IMG/VR virus record: IMGVR_UViG_3300047282_000437
Coordinates: 1-34,415 of that record
Source of the DNA: a virus
Taxonomy: Duplodnaviria; Caudoviricetes
Length of the DNA: 34,415 nucleotides
Reading direction: 5' to 3' (one strand)
The notes below the pieces were generated by a model. The model worked only from the letters and a program-made list of their open reading frames with translations. It had not been told where the DNA came from and made no database searches. Of this stretch, positions 5,217 through 14,407 are shown piece by piece. The translations under genes were made by a program, and so were the position numbers. Position 1 is the stretch's first letter, and each line of letters starts with the position of its first letter.

Positions 5217-5630
5217 TTACTTTTTACGCTTCGCATCCAGTTCAGCAAAGTTCTTGACTTTTGCGCCTCCATCATAAGTCCAAGCATAACCTTCAACAAT
5301 CATCTGATCATTAAGTGATGTTGGTTCGTCATTAATAAACAAATGTCCAATGATTCTTCCATATTTTTCAGTAGAATCTGGAAGTTCAGTCTTGATGAGA
5401 ATGTTCTTAGCACCTTCACAACGGTGCTTCAACCACTCTTTTGATTCAATCCCGTATTTCTTTTCGTTTGCGTCTGCTGTGCGTGACTCTGGAGTATCTA
5501 CACCAGCAAGACGAATTCTTTTTGTAAGAGAGATATCAAACCCCAAATCAATATCTGCGTCAATCGTATCACCATCGACGACTTTGTGAATTTCACGAAT
5601 TCTGTAGATATAAGGATCTTTGTTTTCCAT
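5217..5630 (-). CDS. Thermonuclease (staphylococcal nuclease-like)
   Basis: VVDGDTI, RIRLAGVDTPE and KYGR motifs. Confidence 0.92.
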   Translation of the reverse strand: MENKDPYIYRIREIHKVVDGDTIDADIDLGFDISLTKRIRLAGVDTPESRTADANEKKYGIESKEWLKHRCEGAKNILIKTELPDSTEKYGRIIGHLFINDEPTSLNDQMIVEGYAWTYDGGAKVKNFAELDAKRKK

Positions 5631-5845
5631 CAGAAGGGTAATCCAAACTTCTGAGTATTTAGTTTGGGAATAGGTAATTTTTCAAATGCTTTATTGACCT
5701 GATTTTCTACAACCTTACCAACAAACTGCTCTGGGTTGTTGAGAATTTCTTCTGCTTTCTGATAAGTCACATAAGCACCATAACAGAGTACTCCACTAAT
5801 GAGAATGCTTGTCGTCGATAGAATGATTGATATGTTACTTTTCAT
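5630..5845 (-). CDS. Small membrane-anchored hypothetical protein
   Basis: N-terminal hydrophobic helix; stop overlaps the next start. Confidence 0.75.
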   Translation of the reverse strand: MKSNISIILSTTSILISGVLCYGAYVTYQKAEEILNNPEQFVGKVVENQVNKAFEKLPIPKLNTQKFGLPF

Positions 5846-5919
5846 TTCTTTTTTCCACCCTTTTTAATTGTTCTTTTGTCTGGTCTCGATTTCCCCCCCT
5901 TATGAATCCATTTAACCAT
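5842..5919 (-). CDS. 25-aa basic peptide MVKWIHKGGKSRPDKRTIKKGGKKK
   Basis: Fills the gap exactly and overlaps the genes on both sides (ATGA coupling downstream). Confidence 0.5.
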   Translation of the reverse strand: MVKWIHKGGKSRPDKRTIKKGGKKK

Positions 5920-6025
5920 CTTCCATTTCCTCAAATGCTAATCTTAATATGTAGTAAATTACATATGCAGTAAATGCTAACCCAATACCCAGAATTGTTA
6001 TTACACCCCAAGGCAATTCACTCAT
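5912..6025 (-). CDS. 37-aa single-TM peptide MSELPWGVITILGIGLAFTAYVIYYILRLAFEEMEDG
   Basis: GGAGG upstream, ATGA overlap with the upstream gene, clear TM helix. Confidence 0.7.
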   Translation of the reverse strand: MSELPWGVITILGIGLAFTAYVIYYILRLAFEEMEDG

Positions 6026-6216
6026 TCTCTTCCCTCCTGTTTATGAATCCAAATCTTCAAATCTTTCACATATTTTCTTAAGATTTCTGCTTGAGAGAGA
6101 TGCCACTCATCACCAGTCTTAAGATGCTGTCGAATATGTTCATCAACAGCATTTAAGCAGTGTTTAATTACAGGATTCCACGGCTCCCGTATAGGAGTGT
6201 TCCATTCTCTGGGCAT
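6022..6216 (-). CDS. Hypothetical protein
   Basis: 64-aa ORF with GAGG RBS in a tightly packed gene string. Confidence 0.75.
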   Translation of the reverse strand: MPREWNTPIREPWNPVIKHCLNAVDEHIRQHLKTGDEWHLSQAEILRKYVKDLKIWIHKQEGRE

Positions 6217-6222
6217 AATACC

Positions 6223-6336
6223 TCATTTTTTCTTGCCGCCATTCTTTGCCTTTTTAGCAGTAGCATTACCTTGATTTTGTTTTGGAGACTTTCCTCCAGC
6301 AGATCCTTTTTTACCTTTGTTTGCAGATTTAGACAT
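6223..6336 (-). CDS. 37-aa Lys/Gly-rich peptide MSKSANKGKKGSAGGKSPKQNQGNATAKKAKNGGKKK
   Basis: TGATG overlap with the upstream gene; fills the gap. Confidence 0.65.
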   Translation of the reverse strand: MSKSANKGKKGSAGGKSPKQNQGNATAKKAKNGGKKK

Positions 6337-6692
6337 CATGCTCCTGTGCGTGGTTGTACTTGACCTTCCTCCAGTGCCTCAACTCTTTCATCCAAAGATG
6401 CTGTTTCAACATTTGCTGAAACAGGTGATTCTACTGAAATAGGTGGTTCTGGAGGTGCTTCTACAACTTCCTCTCTGCGTGGTTCTGTTTTTTTCTCATC
6501 ATCATCACCACCTTTCTTCATTGTATTAATACCAAATGTCGCAGCAGATGCCGTAAATACTGTAGCAATGAATGTAGGATCCATCTTAGGAAGAAGACCC
6601 GCATAACTAGCAGTAAGCAGAGCAGCAGACCAACTCAAAATCGAAACACGAATAACAGTACTCATACATTTACCTTTTTTTTCGTTTTCCAT
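6336..6692 (-). CDS. Two-TM membrane protein, holin candidate
   Basis: Two hydrophobic helices and a charged C-terminal tail, directly downstream of the endolysin; holin function is inference. Confidence 0.6.
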   Translation of the reverse strand: MENEKKGKCMSTVIRVSILSWSAALLTASYAGLLPKMDPTFIATVFTASAATFGINTMKKGGDDDEKKTEPRREEVVEAPPEPPISVESPVSANVETASLDERVEALEEGQVQPRTGA

Positions 6693-6707
6693 TTTTCTAG
6701 TGTGAAG

Positions 6708-7376
6708 TTAACCTTTTTTCCAAGATTCACCTTCTGCCTTTCTTCTACGAGCAAGACCTGCTTCTACATTTGAACCAGGATTTCTGTAGAGGTACAAAGC
6801 ATCTGGAACTAAGTCCCATTCTTTATTCTTCAGACGTTTGGTGATTGTATTAAAATTATCACCCCCATAAAAACCAGCACCAAGATTATAAGCAAAACTA
6901 AGAAGAGCACCTCTTTTTCCATCAGACATTTCACCCCAATGAGGGATTTTACGAAGTGATGGAAGAAAATCTTTCTTACATTGCTCAATCAAAAGTTCAT
7001 CTGCTTCTGCCTGAGTAAGAGTATCTCCCATCTTAAATGCAGAACCATCTTTCTTACGGGTGGAACCCCAACCAATCGTGATTGGAAGATTTCCAGTCAG
7101 AGGATCTGGATATGCCTTCAGATGACATCCCTCAAATTCTTTAATCAATTTGATGCCCATTTGTGGGACATCATCACCACTAGTCACATTCACAGGTGCT
7201 GCAGTCACATTTGCCGCAGCACTTGACTTTTTTCCTCTATAAATTTCTGCCCAGTCTACATTATCCTCAAGAAACTTAACGGGTAGATTATCTTCTAACC
7301 ATTGAACTGCCTTGACATGATTAGGGTTTCTTTCATCATAAAATTTAAAAAAGTTATGAAGATCAATTCTTGCCAT
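6708..7376 (-). CDS. GH24 lysozyme (endolysin) with extra N-terminal domain
   Basis: IKEFEG.HLKAYPD....TIGWG.T catalytic motif, ALLSFAYNLG, GLARRRKAE. Confidence 0.93.
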   Translation of the reverse strand: MARIDLHNFFKFYDERNPNHVKAVQWLEDNLPVKFLEDNVDWAEIYRGKKSSAAANVTAAPVNVTSGDDVPQMGIKLIKEFEGCHLKAYPDPLTGNLPITIGWGSTRKKDGSAFKMGDTLTQAEADELLIEQCKKDFLPSLRKIPHWGEMSDGKRGALLSFAYNLGAGFYGGDNFNTITKRLKNKEWDLVPDALYLYRNPGSNVEAGLARRRKAEGESWKKG

Positions 7377-7503
7377 TGTTACCTCCGAAATACTTTTTAT
7401 AAAGTTGTTGTGCTTCTATATGTTTTCCATGATTTGTAAGATCTTTAATACGTTGTAAGATCTTTCTTTTAAAACTAATCGAATATTCTTCCCCATCCAT
7501 CAT
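7363..7503 (-). CDS. Small hypothetical protein (about 46 aa, start uncertain)
   Basis: GGAGG upstream of MMDGEE; spans the gap between the two hydrolase genes. Confidence 0.5.
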   Translation of the reverse strand: MMDGEEYSISFKRKILQRIKDLTNHGKHIEAQQLYKKYFGGNNGKN

Positions 7504-8146
7504 TTCCTCCTGGACACCAACGATGCTTAAGCATTGCCTTTGTATAAATGGTTTTCTTACCATTCGTTACTGGACCTGTATAGTTATCATTACATGAACC
7601 ATAAGGATCATTGACGAAATATCCTTTCTCATCGGGTGTTTTACCGATGACTACAACCATGTGTCCACCAGTAGGTGCAGATAAAGAACCCCTATGCAGG
7701 ATACCAATAACAACAGGTTTTCCAGCATCAAGACTCTTATCAATATCAGCAAAAGAAAGATTGTAACTAAAGTGTGACTTAACTCCATAAGCTGCCAGAA
7801 CTCTTGTCTGTACCGCATGGTCAGTTGTATCACCAATCTCAAATACTTTCTTGACATATTCATCATCACCTTTAATGCTTCCTGGCTTGAGGAATGCAAG
7901 GCACATAGCACATGACGAACTGTTACAAGTTCTATGTGCATCTCTATAATTGTCTACTTGATTGAAATAAGGGACATTCAGAACTGCTGGTGTTGGTGGT
8001 TTTGTTCTGTAAATACCAATCCAATCAGTTTCAGAATCATCCAAAAACTGTGCGGGTAAATTATCTTCTAACCACTGAACTGCTGCTACGTGATTTGAAT
8101 TACCATCATCATAAAATTTAAAAAAGTTATGAAGATCTAGTGTCAT
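7475..8146 (-). CDS. C39-like cysteine peptidase (possible second lysin) with the same N-terminal domain as the endolysin
   Basis: LNVPYFNQ...CNSSSCAM, GKPVVI, GGHMVVVIG, VNDPYG motifs. Confidence 0.85.
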   Translation of the reverse strand: MTLDLHNFFKFYDDGNSNHVAAVQWLEDNLPAQFLDDSETDWIGIYRTKPPTPAVLNVPYFNQVDNYRDAHRTCNSSSCAMCLAFLKPGSIKGDDEYVKKVFEIGDTTDHAVQTRVLAAYGVKSHFSYNLSFADIDKSLDAGKPVVIGILHRGSLSAPTGGHMVVVIGKTPDEKGYFVNDPYGSCNDNYTGPVTNGKKTIYTKAMLKHRWCPGGNDGWGRIFD

Positions 8147-8324
8147 TTTCTTCTCCTATGAACTCTAATGAGAAAATTTCATGATTTAAAATATTAGGAT
8201 TCAACCATTCACTAAACTCAGATTGAATCGCATGGGCATTATCAATATTTTCTTCATGTAGAGTATAAATTCTACCAATTGCCCAATCGTATGTTTTTCG
8301 AAGTGTGATATCAAGAGTAACCAT
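8127..8324 (-). CDS. Hypothetical protein
   Basis: 65-aa ATG ORF downstream of promoter-like elements. Confidence 0.6.
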   Translation of the reverse strand: MVTLDITLRKTYDWAIGRIYTLHEENIDNAHAIQSEFSEWLNPNILNHEIFSLEFIGEENDTRSS

Positions 8325-8405
8325 AGTATTTAGAGAATCATGTAGTTCAAATATAGTCTAGCACGATTGATTGTCAAGTCAACACTAAATAAAAATAAAA
8401 TTCTT

Positions 8406-8828
8406 ATGAAATGGCAATATGATGGTGAAGACTTTGACGAAACTCCAAAAGGTATGGAAGGGTTTGTTTACATAATTACAAACTTAACCAATAATAAAAA
8501 ATATATCGGTAAGAAACATTTCTGGACTAGACAAAAAAATAAAAAGACTGGAAGAAGAAAAACAGAAGAATCAGATTGGAGAAATTATTTTGGTTCTTGT
8601 GATGAATTAAATGATGATGTTAAAGTTATAGGTAAAGATAAATTTCTTAGAGAAATACTCTACTTATGCCCTCATAAAAAATCTATGAGTTATTATGAAA
8701 CTTATGAACAATTTAATCGCAATGTACTACTAAGTGAAGAATATTACAATACTAATATTGGTGGTACTTTTTATATGAGTGAGTCTGAAAGAATTTATGG
8801 CGTTGTTCTTAAGTCTTCTAAGTATTAG
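8406..8828 (+). CDS. GIY-YIG family nuclease
   Basis: GFVYIITN..NNKKYIGKK, W..YFGS and YYN motifs; ATG 8406 preferred because CTAAATA lies just upstream. Confidence 0.85.
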   Translation: MKWQYDGEDFDETPKGMEGFVYIITNLTNNKKYIGKKHFWTRQKNKKTGRRKTEESDWRNYFGSCDELNDDVKVIGKDKFLREILYLCPHKKSMSYYETYEQFNRNVLLSEEYYNTNIGGTFYMSESERIYGVVLKSSKY

Positions 8829-8870
8829 CTAAAGTCTCATCTTGAAAAACAACAAACCTAGTCTAGCAAT

Positions 8871-8898
8871 AAAAAGGGGGTTTTGTCAACCCCCCCTT
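8871..8898 (-). terminator. Intrinsic terminator between convergent genes
   Basis: GGGGGTT-GACAA-AACCCCC followed by TTTTT on the minus strand. Confidence 0.75.
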
Positions 8899-8927
8899 AA
8901 GATATATTAAAAATTTTTATTATTAAA

Positions 8928-9938
8928 TCATTGAAGTTGCGATTCAATAATATCCCGAATTGTTTTTTCATCCATTTGAGTCATAATATAATTTGCTTCA
9001 GAAAATGTTTCAGCATGTCCCATATCAATAAGATATTCAAGAACCAAATCATAAGCATCATATTCTTCACTCATTCTTCTTGCAACTGATAATGCTGCAC
9101 CACGAATGCCTCTCTTAACACCTGCCTTCGCCTCAGAACCCGCTCTTTTCACTGAAGATGCTGCTGAAGATGCTGCTTGCTTTGCACGTCCTGGAGCGGA
9201 TTTAACGGCACTCTTCGCCATCTTACCTGCAGCATAACCAGAAACTGCAGCAGAGGCAGCTTTTTGCTTAATATCACTCGTTACTTGTTTTGCTGTAGAT
9301 TTTGCTTTTTCAACTCCACGTGCAACTTTACCAACTGCTCTTGTAGCAATATCTTTGGCAACTGCAGATCTCAATGCTCTACGTTTCGCAGGATCTTTAG
9401 ATCTAACAGCAAGACCTGGTGCAGGATGTAGTTTTCTCTGTGCAGCATATTGTGCTGCTGGTTTATCTACAGCTTGGAATTTTGCCTCTTTTCCAGCCTC
9501 TTTTGCTTTTGATACTGCGGATGTTACAGCGCCCTTTACTCTAGAAAGTGCCCCTTTAACGGCACCTTTAACTTTGGCGACTGTTTCTGCCTTTTTTCTC
9601 TCTTTTCTTGAAGAAAGTCGCTGAGAAGCAGCCATTCTACTACCAGAACCAACTGTCACCTTTCCTTCGCCAGTTTCCCCGCCGCGACCCATGGTTACTT
9701 TTGCTTCTGCGAAAATGTCTTCAAAAACTTCTTCAATTTCATCGAAATCATAACCTTCATCAAGCATGGTGTAAATTGTTTCTTCAACAATTTCTTCTAC
9801 CTCATCTTCATCGAGGTCTTCAATAGACTCGAAAAGTAAAGTTTCTTCAGAAAGCATTTCTTCTTCAGAGAAATTTTCTTCCGAATCATAAATGCTCAAA
9901 TAAGCCTCTGTTAGGGATCTAATGTCGTTAGGAAGCAT
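8928..9938 (-). CDS. Late protein with acidic ends and Ala/Lys-rich core; probable internal head protein
   Basis: TATAAATA upstream (9976-9969); several hydrophobic-x-E sites (LTE, LSE, MSE) resembling T4 gp21 cleavage sites; function is inference. Confidence 0.7.
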   Translation of the reverse strand: MLPNDIRSLTEAYLSIYDSEENFSEEEMLSEETLLFESIEDLDEDEVEEIVEETIYTMLDEGYDFDEIEEVFEDIFAEAKVTMGRGGETGEGKVTVGSGSRMAASQRLSSRKERKKAETVAKVKGAVKGALSRVKGAVTSAVSKAKEAGKEAKFQAVDKPAAQYAAQRKLHPAPGLAVRSKDPAKRRALRSAVAKDIATRAVGKVARGVEKAKSTAKQVTSDIKQKAASAAVSGYAAGKMAKSAVKSAPGRAKQAASSAASSVKRAGSEAKAGVKRGIRGAALSVARRMSEEYDAYDLVLEYLIDMGHAETFSEANYIMTQMDEKTIRDIIESQLQ

Positions 9939-10018
9939 TGCTATTTCTTTTTTTGATTTTACTAATTATATTTATAAAAAAGAACCTTATACCATAAATA
10001 ATTAAAAAGTAAATAAAT

Positions 10019-10216
10019 ATGAAAAATTTTCACCAATTTACTGAAGATTTAAAGCAACTTGAAAAAGACTTAGATACTCTTGAAAAATCCTATGCACCTA
10101 AACAACGTCTTGCTGCAAGAAGAAAACATGAACTTCAAAAATCCAAGACTGCCGGAGTTGAATTTAATTTAAGATCCGCTCAAGAAACAAATGCACAAAG
10201 AGAAAGAATGTCATAA
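10019..10216 (+). CDS. Small late protein with capsid-targeting-like N-terminus
   Basis: MKNFHQFTE resembles the T4 internal-protein CTS MKTYQEFIAE; TAAATA boxes upstream. Confidence 0.7.
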   Translation: MKNFHQFTEDLKQLEKDLDTLEKSYAPKQRLAARRKHELQKSKTAGVEFNLRSAQETNAQRERMS

Positions 10217-10238
10217 AAAAGAGGGTTTGCACCCTCTT
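10215..10238 (-). terminator. Intrinsic terminator between convergent genes
   Basis: AAGAGGGT-GCAA-ACCCTCTTTTTT on the minus strand. Confidence 0.75.
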
Positions 10239-10243
10239 ATGCA

Positions 10244-10393
10244 TTATTTAGTTCTAACTAACCATTCTTTTTGATAATCATAATCACCAAATAAGTATTC
10301 ATCACACTCTGCTGCTTCATGATATGCATTCAGGATTTCTTGTTCGCACCATTCATCATAATTGGAATCCTGAGAAAGTATCTTTGGTAACAT
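10244..10393 (-). CDS. 49-aa acidic hypothetical protein overlapping the nrdB 3' end
   Basis: MLPKILSQD... subset of the track ORF; fills the space before the terminator. Confidence 0.5.
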   Translation of the reverse strand: MLPKILSQDSNYDEWCEQEILNAYHEAAECDEYLFGDYDYQKEWLVRTK

Positions 10394-11537
10394 CTTGTTT
10401 GATTCCCCCAATAATATAACTTTCGATTTCTGTTTCCTGAGGTGCCACTTGTAAATTTTTAGTTTCAATCCAGTGAGAAGTCCAAGGAAGTGGATTATTC
10501 TTTGCAGGAATGTCATAAAGTGGTTTAAGTCCAATTGCTTTCATTCTACGGTTTGCAATCCATTCGACATACTGCTGTAGCAATTTGTCATTCAGACCAA
10601 TCATTGATCCATCTTTAAACAAATATTCTGCCCAAAGTTTTTCTTGATTCACCGCATTTTCAAAGGTCTTATAGAACCACTGTTCTTCCTCTTTAGCAAT
10701 TTTTACCATCTCAGGATCATCACCTTCCTTCCACTTATTCAGAATGTTTTGAGTGATAACCAGATGCTGGTTCTCATCACGAGCAATTAGTGAGATGATC
10801 TTTGCACTTCCTTCCATAAGTTTGAGTTCGCCAAATGCAAAACTGCAAGCGAAACTGACATAAAAGCGAATACCTTCAAGAATATTAACGTTTGCAACTG
10901 CTCTGAATAACTTGCGTTTGAGTTCATACCTTGCTTCCTGTGCGTAGGGTACTTGTTCTAAAGCATGAATCCACTCACTCGAATTATCATACTGATGAGC
11001 ACTATTGATAAAATCATTATATGCTTGAGTCACACTCACAGCACGTTCCATAATGCGATCTTCTTTCAGAATCGTATCAAAAACTTCAGATGGATCCGAA
11101 TAAACATTCTTGATGATATAAGTGTATGAACGGGAATGGATCATCTCCATAAACTCCCATACCTTCATACACGCTTCCAGTTCTGGAAGGGAACAATATG
11201 GAGCAAATGCCATACCAGGTCCACGACCCTGAACTGAATCCAGCATCACTTGATATTTGAGATTGCTAGTAAAAATATGTTTCTGCTCAGGACGAAGAGA
11301 TTGATAATCTCCACGATCCTTTTGAAGAGAAACCTCTTCTGGTCTCCAGAAATAACCTAATTGTTGAGTTGTCAGTTTATCAAAAATTGGATACTTATAA
11401 GAATCATACCTTTGTATTCCCAATGGAGCACCAAAGAACATTGGTTGTTTTTTGGTGTCCACTTCATTTGAATTAAAAACGGTCATTGATTCGACCATTG
11501 GTGTTTCTCCCAAAGATTTTTTAAAACTAAAAGTCAT
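10356..11537 (-). CDS. nrdB: Class Ia ribonucleotide reductase beta subunit
   Basis: FWRPEEV, EMIHSRSY, LEGIRFYVSF, RDENQH, VAPQETEIESY motifs. Confidence 0.97.
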   Translation of the reverse strand: MTFSFKKSLGETPMVESMTVFNSNEVDTKKQPMFFGAPLGIQRYDSYKYPIFDKLTTQQLGYFWRPEEVSLQKDRGDYQSLRPEQKHIFTSNLKYQVMLDSVQGRGPGMAFAPYCSLPELEACMKVWEFMEMIHSRSYTYIIKNVYSDPSEVFDTILKEDRIMERAVSVTQAYNDFINSAHQYDNSSEWIHALEQVPYAQEARYELKRKLFRAVANVNILEGIRFYVSFACSFAFGELKLMEGSAKIISLIARDENQHLVITQNILNKWKEGDDPEMVKIAKEEEQWFYKTFENAVNQEKLWAEYLFKDGSMIGLNDKLLQQYVEWIANRRMKAIGLKPLYDIPAKNNPLPWTSHWIETKNLQVAPQETEIESYIIGGIKQDVTKDTFSGFQL

Positions 11538-11587
11538 AATTTTTCCTAAATCTAATGAACGTTTTTACTCTGTAATATTTAATCGGA

Positions 11588-14407
11588 TCAAATTTTGCAA
11601 CTTTCACAATCTTCTTCATCTGAACTCATAATATCATCAATCAATGATTGTAGATCCTGTTTTGGTTCTTCCTCATCATTCTTCATATCATTCGTATTTT
11701 GGTAATATGCAGTTTTATGCCCAAGTTTAAAACAAGTAAGCATATCTTGTGCCATCACACTAACAGGAACTTCATTATTTTCATAATGTTCTGGATTATA
11801 GGACCAGTTTCCAGAAATCGCTTGATCGAAGAACTTTTGCATAACTGCAACAATATTAATATACCCACGATTGCTAGGCATATCCCAAAGGAGCGTATAA
11901 TTGCTCTTAAGAGTTTGATACTGTGGAACAATTTGCTTGAGTGGTCCTTTCTTTGACTTCTTAATGGACAGGTATCCTCTGGGTGGTTCAATTCCGTTTG
12001 TTGCATTTGACACAACGGAACTACTCTCCGATGGCATCTGTGCGGACAGTGCTGAGTTCCGTACTCCATATTGTAGAACCTGTTCTCTAAGACCCTCCCA
12101 ATCATATTTCAACTCATTCGGAACAATTTCATCAACATCTTTCTTGTATGTATCAATCGGAAGAATTCCTTGACCATACTTTGTACGATGGGAGTATTCA
12201 CAAGCACCTTTTTCTTTTGCAAGATTAACGGTTGCTTTAATCAGATAATATTGGAATGCTTCGGTGAGATCATGAACCAATTGCCAGGCACCAGGATCAT
12301 TGTAATTTTGCCCGTGTTTGGCGAGATAATGTGCCAGACCAATATAACCTATTCCAAGTGAACGACGTGCCTTGGTGGCGATTTCTGCCGCCTTTACGGG
12401 GTATCCTTGGAAGTCAACCAATTCATCAAGAGCACGAACAGAAAGATCACACAATTGATCTAGATCATCATTTGATTTAATCTTACCAATATTGATTGCA
12501 GAAAGAATACAAAGAGCAATCTCACCTTCTATAGCATCAATGTGTTGAATTGGCACAGTTGGAATTGTGATTTCTTGACAATTATGAACTAGAACATCAT
12601 TTGCGAAGAAATTGTGTGTTCCCTCTACAGTAATATCATAAACTGGAATTTCTTCTTCAAGATATTCAATAATTACTTTAGTTGAATATCCATCAATAAA
12701 CACCAATTCATCAGTTTCTGTCAGGTCTTTTGCCATTACATATCCACGATTTTTTGTGAATACTTTATGTTCTGGTGTAACTACAATACTCTTACCACTT
12801 TCTTCATCTGTAATTTTCATTACTTTTGCTTTTGGTGAAGTTTGAGCAAATGCAGTAATAGGTTTCCATTCCTGTTCACCAGTTTCAATATTGTATGAAA
12901 GAACTTCTATTTGAGGAACATCTTCACAGGGATCATTATCACTTACTTTATAAGACATAATTCCAATTTCTCTGGAACTAATATATTCATCCAGATCTCC
13001 AATCTCAATTTCCTTTTCATAAACTTTCCAATCATAAATCTCTCCAATATCATCACATATTGATTGTGGGTATTTAATCCTAATCTTTGTATCACCAGCA
13101 ACACAAAGATTACTCATCTCAATCTTATCAAGATAAGAACTGTGAGAATTGCAATGGTCAATATTCATGATGTAAATACGACCAGTCTCCGCACGTTCTT
13201 TCAGGAGTGAAAGAAATAGTTCTTGAGCACCGATAGTTTTTCTTGGAATAGACTCATCTCGTTCATAACGTACATATAACTCGTCAAATCTATCAGTGCC
13301 AAAAGCATCATAAAGACCAGGAACGTTGTGTGGAGAGAAGAGTGTGATTTCTTCGTTGCGGATGAATCGTTCATAGAAGAGTTTAGAAATTTGGATACTG
13401 TAGTCTAACTTACGAACTCGGTTATCTTCGGTTCCTTTATTATTTTTTAGTACTAGGATGTCTTCGATTTCTTGGTGCCAGATCGGGAAGTGGACAGTTG
13501 CCGATCCACCTCTGATGCCGTTTTGAGTGCAACTTCTGACAGTTGCCTCAAACTTTTTGAGAAATGGGATAACGCCAGTGTGCTGAACTTCTCCACCTCT
13601 GATCTTAGAGTTGATGCCCCGGATTCGACCTGCGTTGATACCAATTCCTGCTCTTTGAGCAACATACCTAAAAATTGCAGAATCACTTGACTCGATACTA
13701 GGCAAGGTGTCATCAACATCAACAAGAACGCAACTTGCATATTGGCGAAGTGGGGTTCTAACACCTGCCATGATTGGTGTTGGAATGTTGATTTTGTGTT
13801 TTGAGATTGCATCATAGTACTTCTTAACGTAATCTAACCGTGTTTCTTTAGGATATTTGGAAAAGATGGTTGCAGCAATCAAAAGATACATGAATTGTGG
13901 AGTTTCATGAAGTGCCCCGTTACTTCTATCCTGTACAAGATACTTATCGACTACCTGGCGTAATCCTGCATAAGTAAAAAGATAATCACGATCATGATCT
14001 ATGATTGATTGAAGTTTATCAAATTCTTCATCAGAGTACATAGACAAAATTTCAGGATCATACACTCCACGCCCCACACAACGTTCTACGTGCTGCTTTA
14101 CGGTAGGACATTCATAGATACCACCAAACAACTGCTTACGAAGGGCAAACAGTAGCAGACGGGCAGCAACGAACTGATAGTTTGGGTGATCCAAATCAAT
14201 CAGGTCAGAAGCAGAACGAATCAAAATTTCTTGAATCTCTGCGGTTGTGATACCGTCATAAAACTGAATACCAGACTGCATCTCAACCTGTGATGCAGAT
14301 ACGTTTGCGAGGTCTTTACATGCTTCCTCCACCATAATGTGAAGTTTATTTAAATCAAGAGGTTCTGTTTTACCATTTCTCTTAACAACTTTTGTTCCGT
14401 TACTCAT
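11588..14407 (-). CDS. nrdA: Class Ia ribonucleotide reductase alpha subunit with ATP cone, intein-containing
   Basis: VVKRNG ATP cone, PTPIMAG, SCVL, QNGIRGG, NL/C.E split by an intein, C-terminal CESCKI; start placed at MSNGTK. Confidence 0.97.
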   Translation of the reverse strand: MSNGTKVVKRNGKTEPLDLNKLHIMVEEACKDLANVSASQVEMQSGIQFYDGITTAEIQEILIRSASDLIDLDHPNYQFVAARLLLFALRKQLFGGIYECPTVKQHVERCVGRGVYDPEILSMYSDEEFDKLQSIIDHDRDYLFTYAGLRQVVDKYLVQDRSNGALHETPQFMYLLIAATIFSKYPKETRLDYVKKYYDAISKHKINIPTPIMAGVRTPLRQYASCVLVDVDDTLPSIESSDSAIFRYVAQRAGIGINAGRIRGINSKIRGGEVQHTGVIPFLKKFEATVRSCTQNGIRGGSATVHFPIWHQEIEDILVLKNNKGTEDNRVRKLDYSIQISKLFYERFIRNEEITLFSPHNVPGLYDAFGTDRFDELYVRYERDESIPRKTIGAQELFLSLLKERAETGRIYIMNIDHCNSHSSYLDKIEMSNLCVAGDTKIRIKYPQSICDDIGEIYDWKVYEKEIEIGDLDEYISSREIGIMSYKVSDNDPCEDVPQIEVLSYNIETGEQEWKPITAFAQTSPKAKVMKITDEESGKSIVVTPEHKVFTKNRGYVMAKDLTETDELVFIDGYSTKVIIEYLEEEIPVYDITVEGTHNFFANDVLVHNCQEITIPTVPIQHIDAIEGEIALCILSAINIGKIKSNDDLDQLCDLSVRALDELVDFQGYPVKAAEIATKARRSLGIGYIGLAHYLAKHGQNYNDPGAWQLVHDLTEAFQYYLIKATVNLAKEKGACEYSHRTKYGQGILPIDTYKKDVDEIVPNELKYDWEGLREQVLQYGVRNSALSAQMPSESSSVVSNATNGIEPPRGYLSIKKSKKGPLKQIVPQYQTLKSNYTLLWDMPSNRGYINIVAVMQKFFDQAISGNWSYNPEHYENNEVPVSVMAQDMLTCFKLGHKTAYYQNTNDMKNDEEEPKQDLQSLIDDIMSSDEEDCESCKI
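12581..13105 (-). mobile_element. 175-aa mini-intein in NrdA
   Basis: Starts CVAGDT, TPEH block B, VYDITVEGTHNFFAN block F, ends HN before Cys; no endonuclease domain. Confidence 0.95.
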
